Of a stretch of 64,000 nucleotides of DNA, positions 62,928 to 64,000 are shown piece by piece. The stretch is taken from the NCBI GenBank assembly GCA_964234715.1, contig OZ174284.1, one strand, 5' to 3'. The notes under the pieces are model-generated. The model did no database searches. It was given only the letters and a program-made list of their open reading frames with translations, and had not been told where the DNA came from. The stretch is from Podarcis melisellensis (Eukaryota). A program made the position numbers and the translations under genes. Position 1 is the stretch's first letter. Each line of letters opens with the position of its first letter.

Positions 62928-64000
62928 CTATGGGAAAAGAGGGAAAACAGACACATAGGTCCTCATTCTCCTGTGTTCAAATGGCAGGATACTAATTTCA
63001 AGAATCTCCAGTGCTTCCAAAGCAGACCAGCGCCACCTAAGAGCTGTTCCAGAGGCAAAAACCAGAGGGGCCTTAAGGTTTTGTAACTGACGATCAACTC
63101 CTGGGGGAAAAGAGAGCACTGATGTTTTCCAAACAGTGGCCCATCTGGGAATTCCCCCCCCCAAGTACCTGGTTTGGCAACATGCTCTCCATGTGTCCTT
63201 AAAAATGGTGGGTGAAGTATCCAGTGTGTGGACACTATGGGGACCAGGGGCTCGTCTACACATTTGCTTTCCCCCAGGGAAATCTACTCTTTAGCACTGA
63301 ATCAGAGCAAATGTCAATCAGGTTTCCCATGGATTGACCTTGCTCCGATTCAGTGCCAAAGAGTAGGTTTTCATGAGGCAAGCAGCGGGGCAAACAGAAA
63401 AGTTCTCAGACTCATGCTTTCTAGACATGGGACAAGCAAAGTGTGGACAAGCCCTAGATATGTGGGAAATACTCACACACCTTTCCCAAAAATACCTTCA
63501 AATAATTTTGGAATCTTTCTTCCACAACATCTCTTAACCATAACCCCCAACTATATTTGAGTAGTATGAATTTGTGTATATTCCTCCTCTTGCCCCAGGG
63601 TCCACCTTCCTCTTCTTTGTCTCCATTTGGTCAAAATCTAGACTGAAAGCTCCTCAGGGCAGGGATATGCCTTTTTGTTTGTGCTGCTGTGTGAAGTGTC
63701 TTCAGGATATTGATAAGTCACACATTCTCCAGTTACTGTTTTGGATCCGTACAAGGCAGAAGTGTACATAGGTATCTTGCTTGCAGCTGCTCATACAGGT
63801 GTCTTACAAAAGCGGCACTCCAGGCAGCAACAAGAGAGTAATATGTACCGTTGTCAAACCTTACATGTAGGAAGTGCAGTTAAATTATGGGAAAACATCA
63901 GGATCATACCACCAGACAGGTCAATGTAATGTGACCTTCCTCGAGACATGCAGTTTTCTGATGCACACTGCAAAGATGTGCACAAAGAAGGTTATTTTCT

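Noticed and set aside
1-64000. Prokaryotic systems (CRISPR, operons, defence islands) or endogenous virus
   Set aside because: Intron-exon vertebrate DNA; no repeat-spacer array, LTR pair or long viral ORF seen

Overview
Eukaryotic genomic DNA, almost certainly from a squamate reptile. Sauria SINEs and the MITE set suggest a lacertid-type lizard (inference). The window holds the conserved amniote block BCL2L13(+) / BID(-) / MICAL3(-). It contains the last three coding exons and 3'UTR of BCL2L13, essentially all of BID (CpG-island promoter, first exon, four clear coding exons with LQTD/G and BH3; terminal exon unresolved), and the last constitutive exons plus a ~3.9 kb 3'UTR of MICAL3 (bMERB Rab-binding domain). 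The rest is intron or intergenic DNA with CR1 and L2 fragments, tRNA-derived SINEs, and hAT and Tc1/mariner MITEs. Nearly all short ORFs in the track are noise. The most interesting structure is at the splicing/RNA level. The 18-kb MICAL3 intron inside the bMERB domain carries symmetric phase-1 cassette exons: two clear (51 and 66 nt) and two candidates (30 and 54 nt), one with recursive-splice-site architecture. An inverted MITE pair brackets one cassette. BID has a first-exon-terminal ATG giving either a uORF or an alternative in-frame start, tandem splice sites around the cleavage loop, and a stop+AATAAA directly after a donor. There is also a perfect 30-bp inverted repeat 2.4 kb apart in the last BCL2L13 intron and an orphan textbook intron between BCL2L13 and BID. 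Exon boundaries were read by eye; no database search was run.
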